A stretch of 64,000 bases of DNA, from positions 4,464,001-4,528,000 of the forward strand of contig JAQOWU010000008.1 of the NCBI GenBank assembly GCA_030867685.1, read 5' to 3'. Both the position numbers and the translations under genes were made by a program. This DNA comes from Wickerhamiella versatilis (taxonomy: Eukaryota). Shown here in pieces: positions 20,675-32,065 of this stretch; the first letter of the stretch is position 1; each line of letters starts with the position of its first letter. The notes below the pieces were generated by a model. That model worked only from the letters and a program-made list of their open reading frames with translations. It ran no database searches and was not told the DNA's origin.

Positions 20675-21410
20675 ATTATCGGTATCGTATGACGTAAGGA
20701 AATTACCATACTAGTTATACCAGAATCTGTTTGCCAACCAGACTTTCAGCCACAGATATATATAGATGTATTGGAACTTAAGTGAATTATATTCAAATGG
20801 TAGCAGGGTTTTGTATAATTCGTAATCTTCAATTCGCACGTCGAAGCCTTTTAAAATAATGTCGCATTTTGTTAGTTCATTGACAGATATAAGGCTGCTG
20901 GACGGTTGCTTGATCATCCACGAGGATCCAGTGGTAGTATTAGCCTCGAGTTCGAGACTCTTGTCTTACCGAGGGCGGTGTTTAAGAGTTCTGGTGCTGA
21001 TATCCCCACGGCACTACCTGAGACTGGTAGTGAAGTGGGCTAAGAGAGGGAACGCTACCACCGGCAAATATTTGGGAAGCATAGAGGCACCTATCCTGCA
21101 GTACGTCAGAGGATATAAGAAGCTGTGGTGTAAGATAACAGTAATAATAACTAGCTATCGGTTAACATGTAGTGAGGTTAGGGTACGTTTTAAAGTTTCC
21201 CTTTATAGGCCCATACACAACAGTCCAGTGTGTGTAATGAGACAGGAAGATCAGTTACTCTTCGGGAAAGAAGCCATTCATCATGGCGAGAAACGACATG
21301 TATACATACATGCATACCGGATGAAGTAGTGTTTACTTACCCGGCTGGGCGGTGTTTTATTCGATAGATATATCTCTTAATAATGGTATGCTAGTATACT
21401 GAATGCGTAT

Positions 21411-22430
21411 CTAGTTCAAACGACCGTAATTCCTGATTCCTTTCTCATTAGGTGGGGGATACCTGCCCTCCTCTACTCCCTGAGCAAGGTATCTGTGTGA
21501 TTTGACCAGACATGCCCAAAGATGATCACCAATTGTTGTTGCGGTGTAATTGGCACTCTCAGCATCAAATTGTGGTAGTGGCTTAACCTCGTTAGTATGA
21601 TTGCGCGAGAAAAAGAGGGGGAATGAATATCGTTCCTCATTCACCTTACGCACTCGGTGCGTCGTGGCGACAAATTTACCGGCTGTCATGAGTTCAAGCG
21701 CATCCCCAATATTCACAACGAATGTACCGGGTATCTGTGGCACATCGATCCATTCATGCTTATCGTTCATCACTTCCAGTCCCTCCTGCAGGGTGAGTAG
21801 AATGGTGAAGGCCTCGTAATCGGTGTGGGGGCTCATACCCAGCGAATCCGTATCCTCGTCATTTTGAGGATAATGATTTATTCGGAAGAAACATGGAGGA
21901 AGCTGAAATTCATTCGTGAATGACTCCTCAGTGAGTCCCAGTGCCAGAGCAAAACCGCGCCATAAATACTGGCCCAAGCATCGGGCTTCCTCGAAATACT
22001 TACTGACTCTCTCCTTGAACTGGGGGATATCAGGCCAATTGACAGGACCCATTAGCGGGAATTTCTGATTGCGAACAACTGGGTCACTAGGGTCCAAGTC
22101 CTCACTGGTGTGGAACGTTTCCTTGAGATCAGGCACTTCGTTGCCGAATTCCTCGCCACCTTTGGGGATATATCCGTTGTGAAAGCCATTCAATCCAATT
22201 AAATAATGCTTCCTATATTCCTCTGGCATAGAGAAAAACTCCTTTGCCGCAGTCAGGAGCCCTTTCATCACATCCTGGTGAATGTGGTGTCCCTTTATGA
22301 TAAAGAAGCCCACATTACGAGCTGCATCTCCGATCTCAGAAGCAACAGACATACGCTTTTCCTTGTTATTTCCATAAAGATCACCTATATCAATGATAGG
22401 TATCGAATCAAAATTCTTTCGAACAGACAT
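21411..22430 (-). CDS. 2-oxoglutarate/Fe(II) dioxygenase, isopenicillin-N-synthase-like family
   Basis: DIOX_N start (IPIIDIG...VGFF.IKGH), HTD...H iron triad, VNIGD, HRV, RYS co-substrate motif. Confidence 0.92.
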   Translation of the reverse strand: MSVRKNFDSIPIIDIGDLYGNNKEKRMSVASEIGDAARNVGFFIIKGHHIHQDVMKGLLTAAKEFFSMPEEYRKHYLIGLNGFHNGYIPKGGEEFGNEVPDLKETFHTSEDLDPSDPVVRNQKFPLMGPVNWPDIPQFKERVSKYFEEARCLGQYLWRGFALALGLTEESFTNEFQLPPCFFRINHYPQNDEDTDSLGMSPHTDYEAFTILLTLQEGLEVMNDKHEWIDVPQIPGTFVVNIGDALELMTAGKFVATTHRVRKVNEERYSFPLFFSRNHTNEVKPLPQFDAESANYTATTIGDHLWACLVKSHRYLAQGVEEGRYPPPNEKGIRNYGRLN

Positions 22431-24023
22431 TGGTTACTTTGTTCGCTGCAAGAGCTGCACAGATGCTGAGTAACTCAGTGGCTTGGTAATGTGACCGGGG
22501 AAGCCAAGGAAGTAGATGGATTATCTGTATTACATGGGCAGGAATGTGGAGCTTTTATACTAGCCAATAGCAATCCTATTACTGGTTCTAATTCCATCAG
22601 ATCTTTTTTGGGGTCTATTATTGTCCCCAAGTTGCCATAAGTGATATAGTTATCTATTCGCTTAGTAATTACGATGCGTCATCAAACGTTAAGGCGCATT
22701 CGGCTAGCTGAAAGCGGCCAATTTATGAGATACAACAATTGCACTGCATAAGCCATTGTTATCTGGACAGTTTTAAGTTGTTGAATTACAATTTTCCATA
22801 TCACCCCCCCGGTCACGAACTCAACTTAGTTATATAAGAATATATCTCTTCCTAACCCAGGTCTATAAACCCAAGCAGGCGTGGAGAGATATGGCTCGTT
22901 CCGTCCATCAGCAGTAATTGACCAGTCTCATGTTAAAGATACACCAAAAAGCTTCATTCACTTTGCACTTCAATCCCCAGTCCTTAATTCGAGCCAGCTG
23001 TGTCGTGGCACGCAACCATATCTTATGTTTAGTAGGTATATGTCACTGCAAATGGGCAGTGCTCGCACCAATTGATTAGCAATGTCTGTTCTAGAGCTAT
23101 AGCGATGGTCGGCTATTGAATACCCGTCAACCGCTAAAAGCGATTACTTAATGATGACGAACATGTTCCATCTCGATAAGATCCAGGAATTGAGAAAGCT
23201 GCTGGATTTTTAGTCATGTAGGATTCCTTTAGTTTATCATAACTTTGAGGCAATTTGGTTTTTCATACGAGAGCAACCCCCACGTGTATGATCATCAGTT
23301 AGGCTGGAAATCCATCAAGGGCCGCTTGATTCTGTTTGGGATCGCAACAATAAGTCTCCATAAATAAAAATAGCAAGAATATTCGGTTTAATCGGCATGT
23401 GATATATGTCTCAAGTAGTGTACATTCTATAAGTTCATTATTTTGAAAGATAGTGAGTACTACTTGGACGTGGTAGTGGTAGTGGGAATGGAATGCAAAA
23501 AATGCAGGAAAATGACAGCACAAAATAGCTCAGCAACTACCAGAACCTAATTTGACCTATTGGATCATGCACCTAGACCAGCTTAACATATAAATGGGCA
23601 AGGGTGGAAGGGAAGTCACCAAGACCTACCTATAGACAAAGACCTACCCGAAGTGGTTTCTGCGACTATATTCCTTGACACAGCATCCCACTTCCTCAAA
23701 AGCTACCCATTTTATCATCACATAGGAGGAACTCTTACCCTAGCAATGTTCCTCGTTCCCTAAAATATATGCATCATGAGATTTCTAAGGGTGTTTTTTA
23801 TGCAATAGAAAGTAGAGCGTCATATATGGGCACCATACCACTAGCTCACTGAATATCTATTGAGAGGTGCTGTTAGGTCTCCTAAACCGATGCCAGACAT
23901 AATACATCCAAATAAAAAAAGTAATCCAGGCCTAGCCAAGCTGCGCTACCATTTAGATAAACTATTCCCACATCCAACTAATATGAAAATCGGTGCAGAA
24001 TATGTTTACGACATGCGTCAGCC

Positions 24024-24248
24024 CACGTGCGAATAAACAAAGATCTCCGCAAATCATGATTTTCTTCGTCATCACGTCCATAGATTGAACTTTAAGGCGG
24101 TGTGATGGAATAATTATTGGATTTTACACCACCAGCGTGCTGCAGAGATGGTACCAAGCCAAATTATGCTCTGAAGCTGCACGTTGAGTGGTTTAGGGTA
24201 ACCACGTGCCGGCAGAAACTACCCAATGGGGAAAAGAAAAGGTATAAA
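24024..24248 (+). promoter_or_regulatory. Acid phosphatase promoter: Pho4-type E-boxes plus TATA
   Basis: CACGTG 24024-24029, CACGTT 24180-24185, CACGTG 24203-24208, TATAAA 24243-24248, then ATG 24288. One further CACGTG at 23281-23286. Confidence 0.7.
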
Positions 24249-24287
24249 GAGATCATTTTCGGCAGCGGTAAAAATTCGACAGAAATC

Positions 24288-25799
24288 ATGCTCTCAGCAA
24301 TTATTCTCGCCGCAGGTGTCCTCGCCTACGCGCCTATGGCGCCCTATAACCAGGATTTCCTGGACAACTACAATGTGCTGAAATACCTGGGAAATGGTGG
24401 TCCATACAGCACTCGTCGTGGTCTTGGTATTGATCTTGATGCACCAGAAGGCTGCTCAGTCGACCAGGTTGCTTTGATAATGCGTCACGGTGAGCGATAC
24501 CCCGACCCGGGCCCAGCAAAGAAGTTCAACCAGGTTTGGAGCAAGTTCGCGGAGAAGAAGGGCTCATTCATCAATGACCTCGAATTCGCCAATTACTGGG
24601 AGCCTTTCGTCAGCCCTGATAGCGCGTTTATTTCCCAGGAATCCACGGTGGGGGCCTACTCTGGTCTTCAAACTGGCTACACTGCCGGAACCATCTATCG
24701 TCAACGCTACGGCCACCTTGTGGACCTCAACTCGGTCACCCCTGTCTTCCCATCGGGAAGTGAGCGTATCGTCGACACAGCTCGTCGTTTCGTCGAGGGC
24801 TTCTTCGGTTACAACGTATCATCCGCGGCCATCAACATTATACCCGAGGTGGCCGGACAAGGTGCCAACACCTTGGTCCCCGTGTGCAACAACGCTTCCA
24901 TTGAACAACCCAACAAGGATGCATGCTCCTGGAAGGGCGACTACCCTCCTTTCCACGCCCTTGCCAAGAAGTGGAATAAGGCCTATGGCCTCAATCTCAC
25001 CTGGTCTGATATCTCTACTTTGTGTTTGGCCACTGGCTACGAGCTTCAGGTCCGTGGTGGTTCGCCATGGGTAAATGCAATCCCCCAGGATGTTTGGATT
25101 GCCTACGAGCATCAGCTGTCCTCCTCTTTCTGGTGTGAGAGTGGTCCAGGATCTCCTGAAGCGCTTGCCCGTGGATCCGTGTGGGCCAATGCCACCCGTG
25201 AACTTTTCCTTCAGGGACCTGAGAAATCGCTTCCCCTTCTTCTCTCGTTCAGCCACGAGACTGATATTTCACCGATTCTCGCATTTTTGGGACTCGATGC
25301 TGCGCCTGGAATGAACAAGAGCCATGTACAGGCCGATTCTGGTTACCATCTTTCTGATGTTGTGCCCATGGGAACTCGTTTCATTCTTGAGCGTCTTGTA
25401 TGCACTTCTGACGAAACTGATAAGACTGGTTTCGCAAATGCCAACCCACCTGCTTACAATGCATCCTATATCAGCTCTAATGTCACAAAGCCTAGCAACG
25501 CTACTGATGCTGGTGATGGCAAGAGCTATTACGTTCGTGTTGTCTCCAATGACGCAGTTGTCCCCATTAACGACTGTGTTTCTGGTCCTGGCTTCTCCTG
25601 CCCGCTCCAAGAGTACAGTGACTATGTTGACAGGCGTCTTGAGGGACGTGATTTCTCCAAAGTCTGTAATTTGACTGCAGGTGCCCCAGATTACCTCGAC
25701 TTCATCTGGAACTATAATACCACCACCGAATTGAACAACATCAACACGACAGTTGCCTACCAAGCTCTAAATCTCAACTACCTCGGCCAAGCAATTTAA
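24288..25799 (+). CDS. Secreted histidine acid phosphatase / 3-phytase B-like (PHO5/PhyB family)
   Basis: Start moved to ATG 24288 (MLSAIILAAGVLA signal). RHGERYP active site; C-terminal CVSGPGFSCPL...WNYNTTTELN as in Aspergillus PhyB; HE in place of the HD motif. Confidence 0.92.
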   Translation: MLSAIILAAGVLAYAPMAPYNQDFLDNYNVLKYLGNGGPYSTRRGLGIDLDAPEGCSVDQVALIMRHGERYPDPGPAKKFNQVWSKFAEKKGSFINDLEFANYWEPFVSPDSAFISQESTVGAYSGLQTGYTAGTIYRQRYGHLVDLNSVTPVFPSGSERIVDTARRFVEGFFGYNVSSAAINIIPEVAGQGANTLVPVCNNASIEQPNKDACSWKGDYPPFHALAKKWNKAYGLNLTWSDISTLCLATGYELQVRGGSPWVNAIPQDVWIAYEHQLSSSFWCESGPGSPEALARGSVWANATRELFLQGPEKSLPLLLSFSHETDISPILAFLGLDAAPGMNKSHVQADSGYHLSDVVPMGTRFILERLVCTSDETDKTGFANANPPAYNASYISSNVTKPSNATDAGDGKSYYVRVVSNDAVVPINDCVSGPGFSCPLQEYSDYVDRRLEGRDFSKVCNLTAGAPDYLDFIWNYNTTTELNNINTTVAYQALNLNYLGQAI

Positions 25800-26039
25800 T
25801 TTACCTATAAAAAATTAGAGCTATTAGTGCAATAATATCCAATTTCTATTTTTAATAATAGGTTATTCTATATAACTGAACATTGACTGCAGAAGTCTAG
25901 GTGTTTGGTTAGAGAAAACGCTATCAACGTAGACCTGAAATACCAGGAATAATTGGCTTCTACATTCGGGCTGTACCCTTGTAGATCACATTTTGAAAAA
26001 AATCAGAGTCAACGCGAATTTGGAGCTATCGTAAGCATG

Positions 26040-27071
26040 TCAATTATTCCATGGTAAAGGAGGGCCTAGTGTTTGAACTTTGGAGCGATCAAAAGGCTCC
26101 TTCGCCACTTTAAAGTAACCACGCTGTTCGAGTAATACAAACTGCTTGGCACGAAGAAGGGAATATAGATGCTTCAATATCGGTGTATCAATTTTTTGCT
26201 GGGCCGCATAGCGCAGCGGATTCCCCAAAATTGCTTCCAACTCCATAACTTGACCTTTCCTGACATCTACCAGCATAGATGGAGTATAATAGGTGCCACC
26301 ATCCGAATCCAGCATACGTTGCTCGATATCCTCTGGGAGTTTCCTACCTAGCACGGCTTCAGCTATGCATCTTATCTCACGCATTGCGGGAAGTATTAAG
26401 GTTAGATGTACACCAGCATAGAGCAAGCGACCAGTATCAACATCAGTTAATGCTGCAGTAGTATTGCAAGACGAATTATACACAAGTTTCATCCACCGCA
26501 AGTACATCAGCTGTTCTGTGAACTCGCCAATTGACTTTTTTCCCGAACCATATACCTCTGCAATTCTTTTGGCAGCCTCCACGGCCTCTGGACGCTTATC
26601 ATAGGTGCCAAAGATCTGTCTATCAGGGCCGGTATGCCGAACGTTTCCCCCGTAGTTGACAGATCCAATTCTGCTTACAGCACCAATGACGTACGAGTCG
26701 GGATAGCGTGCCATAACAGGCTCCTCCATACCAATTCCATTCTGCATGAGCACGATGGAGCACCCGGGCCTTACCACGGGTTTTATTATGTCTTCTGTCT
26801 TCTGCAACTCAGGAATATTCTTGGTACAAACAAATACATAATCATAATTACCCATAATATCAGCATCCTCAATGGTTTTAACTATATTTGATGGCTTCCA
26901 AGACTCAATTCTGCCATAATTTACCGAGTCATACGAGAATCCTTTTGTTATAAGCGCGTCATGAAAGCTTCGTGTGACCACAGTAACTTTAACTTGATTT
27001 GAAGATTCAAGAGCGAGGGCAGCAACAGCTCCCACACCACCAGCACCTACTACCAGAGCGTTTATTGTCAT
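26040..27071 (-). CDS. Ketopantoate reductase family (ApbA/PanE) oxidoreductase
   Basis: VVGAGGVG Rossmann motif, VCTK, MQNGIG.E, RWMKLVYN, PSMLVD...MELEAILGN. Confidence 0.9.
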   Translation of the reverse strand: MTINALVVGAGGVGAVAALALESSNQVKVTVVTRSFHDALITKGFSYDSVNYGRIESWKPSNIVKTIEDADIMGNYDYVFVCTKNIPELQKTEDIIKPVVRPGCSIVLMQNGIGMEEPVMARYPDSYVIGAVSRIGSVNYGGNVRHTGPDRQIFGTYDKRPEAVEAAKRIAEVYGSGKKSIGEFTEQLMYLRWMKLVYNSSCNTTAALTDVDTGRLLYAGVHLTLILPAMREIRCIAEAVLGRKLPEDIEQRMLDSDGGTYYTPSMLVDVRKGQVMELEAILGNPLRYAAQQKIDTPILKHLYSLLRAKQFVLLEQRGYFKVAKEPFDRSKVQTLGPPLPWNN

Positions 27072-27619
27072 AATGCTAGGTCAAGTTCCGCAGAGCAGCT
27101 GGAAGCTACCTATTAGTCATGTGTGCTACAGTGAGCAAGTTATCTATGATTAGTCATGTATATATGATAATTATGGAGTGTTAGGTAATCGTGGCCGAAG
27201 CGGTAGTAGACATATTCCTAGTCTATGTAGCGAATGAACATTAAATAATTATCTGATACACACTTTATATGTGAGTTAGAGTAATTGGCTCAAGAGGGGC
27301 CAAGCCTTACTAGTAGTGCATGATAATGATGTAAGAAAGTCCCCTAAGATACTTTACACCCTCGTACGGAAAGTACATCTGGGTTACCTACAAGCTATTT
27401 TAGTGATGATCGAGTATTTCAGGAAAGTCCCACGGTGCCGGGACGATAATTCGTGCTCACCTGGGCTCAGAATATTGATGGAGAGGTTGCACCTGGCAAG
27501 TAATTAAAGATTTGGTCAACGAAGATATCTTGGCCCATCATCCCCTACATTATAAATTTTTTGAACTTGCATAGCCATGTGTATACCAATTTCAGAACAT
27601 CTTCTCGTCGGTGGTCACT

Positions 27620-29158
27620 TTACACGCTTCTATACCTGCTAGGCTCATACGGGAATAACAGAGCCAATACGCCAATAACTCCAAAAAAGGCAGCACAAAC
27701 CCATATTGGTGCCGTAGTGCTGCTATCAGCAGCATAATATTCGATAATAGGAGCAATTACGCCTCCTAGACGATCAAAAAACATAGCAATCCCTGATCCT
27801 GTGGTACGGCAGTAGGTCGGAAGCACTTCTGGTGTGAAACCAAAGAGGCAACCGTAGTATACATTTTCTGCCACATAGGAAAGACTAGAAAGTGCAATAT
27901 TCTGAAGTCGGGTATCCACAGCCGTATATCCCATAAAAGCAGCCATTGACGAAAGACCACCCACAAGCATCGCCCCCCGACGGCCTACGCGGGGTACCAT
28001 AATAAGAAGAGTGGCAAACAGCGGGCCTAAGATTGAGAATGCATTCGAGATCAAAGAATCAACATATGTGTCTGCAGTTGTCTCATTCTTTGTTGCTGCA
28101 CCTATGTACTTTGGGAGAAACGCCGCCCATAGCGGGTAGGCAATGCCCACAACTAGCCAGCTGAAGGAAAGAAGAAGCATGGTACGCACCATGATCCGAC
28201 TTGAGAAAAGTGAACGTATATTCCTGATCACTGAGGTAACAAAATCTTTTAGAGTAGGATTTTGCATAGAGAACTCATTCTTGTGTACCTTCCCGCAATC
28301 CTCAAGTTGCTCTACTGTCAATGAGCATTGGCGATTATATTTGACCGCGACTTCCTGTAAAAGTTCAACAGCCTCTGCGTCTCTGTTGTTCGTCACGAGA
28401 TACTTTGGTGTCTCCTGCAGACTGACAAAAAGTCTTGCCAAAGCGAAGAATAGCACAATGCACGAATCAATATAGAACACATACCTCCAGCCACGATTAT
28501 GGTCGGAAGTGCAGCCTTCAGACTGGGAACAATAATACTTTGGGTTACTGAAAAATGCATAGGCAATTAGGTACGCAATTACTTGACCAATTGCCCACCA
28601 ACACGCAAAGAACGTTGTGAGCAGTGAATATTTCGATGGAAGAAACTCCAGAAATACCGTTGAATCAATGGCCAAATTACCACCAACTCCAAATCCTGAG
28701 AAAAATATCATGATGCAATATGATCCAGTGCTATTCATAGCTCCCACCAGGATTCCAAATAGCGCAGACACTAATAGAGAAAGATTGAACACAAGCTTAC
28801 GACCAATTATATCTCCACAGATTGTCCAAAAAACACAGCCCACGAGATAGCCAACATACATCATTTCCAGAAAAATTGGATAGTCCGTGTCAGTGAACTG
28901 GTAGGCAACGAAGGTATTCACAGTAGACTGGGCGTACCCAATCAATGACTCGGCCGCATATCCAAATCCAGCAATGCAAAATACTTTAAAATGAAACCAG
29001 GTAAAGCCTATTTCTTCTAAGGCATCATTTATAAGTTTCATTTTGGCGGCCAGGACCTCGTCCTCACCTTCTAGGGCCGTCATATCATCGCTGCTGTGAT
29101 CCAGCAATATTGTGGTTACCTTCGCATCTGGAACATCACCTTTCCGTTCTTCACCCAT
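27620..29158 (-). CDS. MFS transporter (SV2/sugar-porter-like, uncharacterised fungal subfamily)
   Basis: About 12 TM segments; GDIIGRK, GGNLAID..VFLEFLP, ETPKYL, VGRRG, PEVLPT..R.TG motifs. Confidence 0.9.
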   Translation of the reverse strand: MGEERKGDVPDAKVTTILLDHSSDDMTALEGEDEVLAAKMKLINDALEEIGFTWFHFKVFCIAGFGYAAESLIGYAQSTVNTFVAYQFTDTDYPIFLEMMYVGYLVGCVFWTICGDIIGRKLVFNLSLLVSALFGILVGAMNSTGSYCIMIFFSGFGVGGNLAIDSTVFLEFLPSKYSLLTTFFACWWAIGQVIAYLIAYAFFSNPKYYCSQSEGCTSDHNRGWRYVFYIDSCIVLFFALARLFVSLQETPKYLVTNNRDAEAVELLQEVAVKYNRQCSLTVEQLEDCGKVHKNEFSMQNPTLKDFVTSVIRNIRSLFSSRIMVRTMLLLSFSWLVVGIAYPLWAAFLPKYIGAATKNETTADTYVDSLISNAFSILGPLFATLLIMVPRVGRRGAMLVGGLSSMAAFMGYTAVDTRLQNIALSSLSYVAENVYYGCLFGFTPEVLPTYCRTTGSGIAMFFDRLGGVIAPIIEYYAADSSTTAPIWVCAAFFGVIGVLALLFPYEPSRYRSV

Positions 29159-30524
29159 TAATTACCAATATGATCTGTGCTGGAACAATTTCTAGTGTCC
29201 CTTTTTATTACGTGGTTATAAATCTGCAAGTAAGCAGATAGCCGGATCGAATAGAACACCAGAGCGGGGGTAATAAGTTCTGCAGTGACATCTAGGAAAA
29301 TAAAAAGTGCTCTAGATCGACTTTTTATTTGACAAGGGCTGTGCCCACTGTCATTTCGAGTTTTTGAGCTATAGAACGCGGTCACTATAATAATTACTAA
29401 TGTGATCTTGGCACGTGCACATTTTCTTGAAGCGCATTGGAAGTGAACCCTATCTCGGATTCTGGTAATATGTAATTCTGGAGAATACCACAATTCCCCG
29501 TGCTTTGTTGAGCATGAGATGGGAGGATGCACTAATGCTGTGATTCAGATATCTAGTCTCTCATCTGCATAAACCTCCAGAGAGATTAGGTCGGTTATCT
29601 TTTTTTTAGTTCTATGTCAACTGAATCTAGTCTTGAGGACATGCATGTCACGCGACAAAAGCTCGTATGACCAATTTTCCAACTCAGTTTGGTACGACAA
29701 TGGCTGGTATGGCAATGAAAGCTAAATATTCATGCCATACTAGAATAAGGTCGCTGAAGCATGTTGTGACCAAACTCCCTTAATTTATCTACGGTAAGAC
29801 TCGGAATTTTAGAGAAACGCTATGAATTGGTGACATTAGTACTGGAGATAGTCGAAATGTACTAGATAGATCCTTTCTATATATATTAACACAGTCAGTA
29901 ATCGCTTGTAGCTGTTTTAATCTAGGTCCCAGGTATACGTTGAAACGAACTTTCAATGGCTTATAATCAAACCATTGAGATACTATCAATGAATTCATTC
30001 GAACGCTGCTCGATTCCACATATATGTAGCGTACGATAGGTCTAGTGACCCTACAAGTAAAATGATAAGGTTGATCTTACTCAGACTATGGAGGATGTCA
30101 CACGACGAGATCCAAATATTATTTCCCTTTATCTAAAAGCCAAAAACTTTCAGACGATATGCTTAAGAATTATGAGGTTTGAAGATAACGATTTCCAACT
30201 AACAAACAGCATAAAGATAATATGCCAGCAATTCCCGTGGTAAGTTCACCTAAAACGATACGTAGCCCGGAAACACTGCAGTAGACAAGCTATAAAGTCA
30301 GTAGACGATGCTTGTTAGGCTCTCAGGTTCCAAAGGTGTTATTGGGCTATCTCCTAACACTGATAGCTGTGACTTTATTTACTTAGATAGCGACGCGCTC
30401 TTAGCTACCTGGGCAATTCAAGATGGCCCATTATACACGAAGTACTTCATTCCTATCAAATCGCAAAGTATTACCCTTTGAAAATGGAATTAAAGCTTAG
30501 GGAAATTATCTATTCAAGTCAGGC

Positions 30525-31766
30525 CTATGCCCATTTACCTAAGAGCGCCATGAGCCCCGCTCCCCACAAGAAACAGATAATCTGAAACGTGAGCACCCAA
30601 ATATTGCGGGTACGTTTGGCGTTAAAAATAAAATCACGGCCAATTAGCTCCACCATACCTGTGTATAGAAGGATTCCAGCCGAAAGGGCATCTAGAACAC
30701 CAGTAACTAGCGTTGCGACGTAGCCATCACCTTCGTAAGAAGTTCGCACACCAATTCCAATAGCGATACTCACAGGTGTGGTCAAGCCATACGCCAAAGC
30801 AAATAGGTAAGGCCAAAATTTCTTGTTCTCGGGAAATGGGATATCAGCCATACGTGCACCAATACCTAAACCCTCGAATGCCTGGTGGAAGACGAGTACA
30901 GGATAAAGCGTTGCATATTCATCACTGCTCCCCAGGTCAAGGCCAATCATAACCGAGTGAAAGAGAACGCCAAATTCGAGAACGAGAAAGCCTGCAATTT
31001 GTGAATAAAAGTCTTGGTTGGCTGCCTTAAGGCTCATGGAATCAGTTTCTTGGAGCGCTATATCTTTTTCTTTTTTGGAGAGGTCATCACCGTGTAGACT
31101 TAGCGGAATAGTGTTCTCATGACCATGATCATGATCATGCTCATGTACATCTGTATCGTTCTCGTTGCCACTGATAAAGGCCGTATTAAGGTCGTGACCA
31201 TGCGTGTTGAATTTAACATCGGCTACGAAATCACAGTAAGCGTCCACAATGAACGTTATCACTGCAGAAGTAAGCATAAGTGCTGGGCACCAGGAATAGT
31301 CTGAATTTGTTCCTCGTGCAGACCACGTGGCGCCAACACAAGATTGCGGACCTATTTCTGAATACGCTGGATCCATGAGATGGATGAAGGCTGTGGTGAC
31401 AATTACCCCTGACCCGAAGTTGCGAGCTAGATCATAAACCCATCTTGGGATACGCAACCTTGGGTATTGCTTTGCCAGAACAGGAAATATAGTAGTGATC
31501 AAGGATGTTACCAGAATTACGAAAACTGCCGAAATACGACCTCCCATATTACTTGTATCACCGGTACCTGCACCATAAGTTCCTGAAAGCACACATGTTT
31601 TCCAGGTGTCGTCTGGTGCATGTTTACCAAGTGCAGATACAGAGTCAGATAGATCATCAGAATACAAAACTGGTGTCAAATAGGGATTCCACTGCATCCA
31701 CCATGGATGTGAAGATACATTCCAATCCTCAGTAGAAACTGACCAGTTAGCTGGTATACTCGACAT
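30525..31766 (-). CDS. ZRT1: High-affinity ZIP zinc transporter
   Basis: First ATG 31766. N-terminus PWWMQWNP...PDDTWKTCVL resembles S. cerevisiae Zrt1; His-rich loop HEHDHDHGHE; LEFGVLFHSVMIG, FHQAFEGLGIG; ends LGKWA. Confidence 0.93.
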   Translation of the reverse strand: MSSIPANWSVSTEDWNVSSHPWWMQWNPYLTPVLYSDDLSDSVSALGKHAPDDTWKTCVLSGTYGAGTGDTSNMGGRISAVFVILVTSLITTIFPVLAKQYPRLRIPRWVYDLARNFGSGVIVTTAFIHLMDPAYSEIGPQSCVGATWSARGTNSDYSWCPALMLTSAVITFIVDAYCDFVADVKFNTHGHDLNTAFISGNENDTDVHEHDHDHGHENTIPLSLHGDDLSKKEKDIALQETDSMSLKAANQDFYSQIAGFLVLEFGVLFHSVMIGLDLGSSDEYATLYPVLVFHQAFEGLGIGARMADIPFPENKKFWPYLFALAYGLTTPVSIAIGIGVRTSYEGDGYVATLVTGVLDALSAGILLYTGMVELIGRDFIFNAKRTRNIWVLTFQIICFLWGAGLMALLGKWA

Positions 31767-32025
31767 AAGCAAGTTTGCAATAAACCCGTATTTTTCAATT
31801 TTTTCCCTTTATATAATAGGTATCGCATAGAATAAAACTGTGGTTAGGTACTATGTGTTTCAAGTAAACCAATTCTTAGCGACATAGTTTAAGTCATCGT
31901 ATCTCAGTAATTCTATACAGTGATATGCTGATGCAGAACCTTTTGAAAAGTAAGTTCAACTGACATGTGATTATCTCTCACTGATACACGTAAACACCAA
32001 TTGAAAGATTCCTATTAATGCATGA

Positions 32026-32065
32026 CATAAGTACCTTAGAGGTTATGCATAAGTACCTTAGAGGT
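32026..32065. promoter_or_regulatory. Tandem zinc-responsive elements (Zap1-type ZRE) within an 18-bp direct repeat
   Basis: CATAAGTACCTTAGAGGT at 32026-32043 and 32048-32065. The core's reverse complement ACCTCTAAGGT fits ACCYYNAAGGT; about 270-300 bp upstream of ZRT1. Confidence 0.78.

Noticed and set aside
18965-22430. IPNS-like gene as part of a beta-lactam or secondary-metabolite cluster
   Set aside because: No NRPS/PKS in the window; the IPNS-like fold covers many unrelated dioxygenases.
27112-27159. ATTAGTCATGT twice (TGACTAA, AP-1/Gcn4-like) upstream of ketopantoate reductase
   Set aside because: The sites lie between the likely TATA tract and the ATG, an atypical position; evidence too thin.
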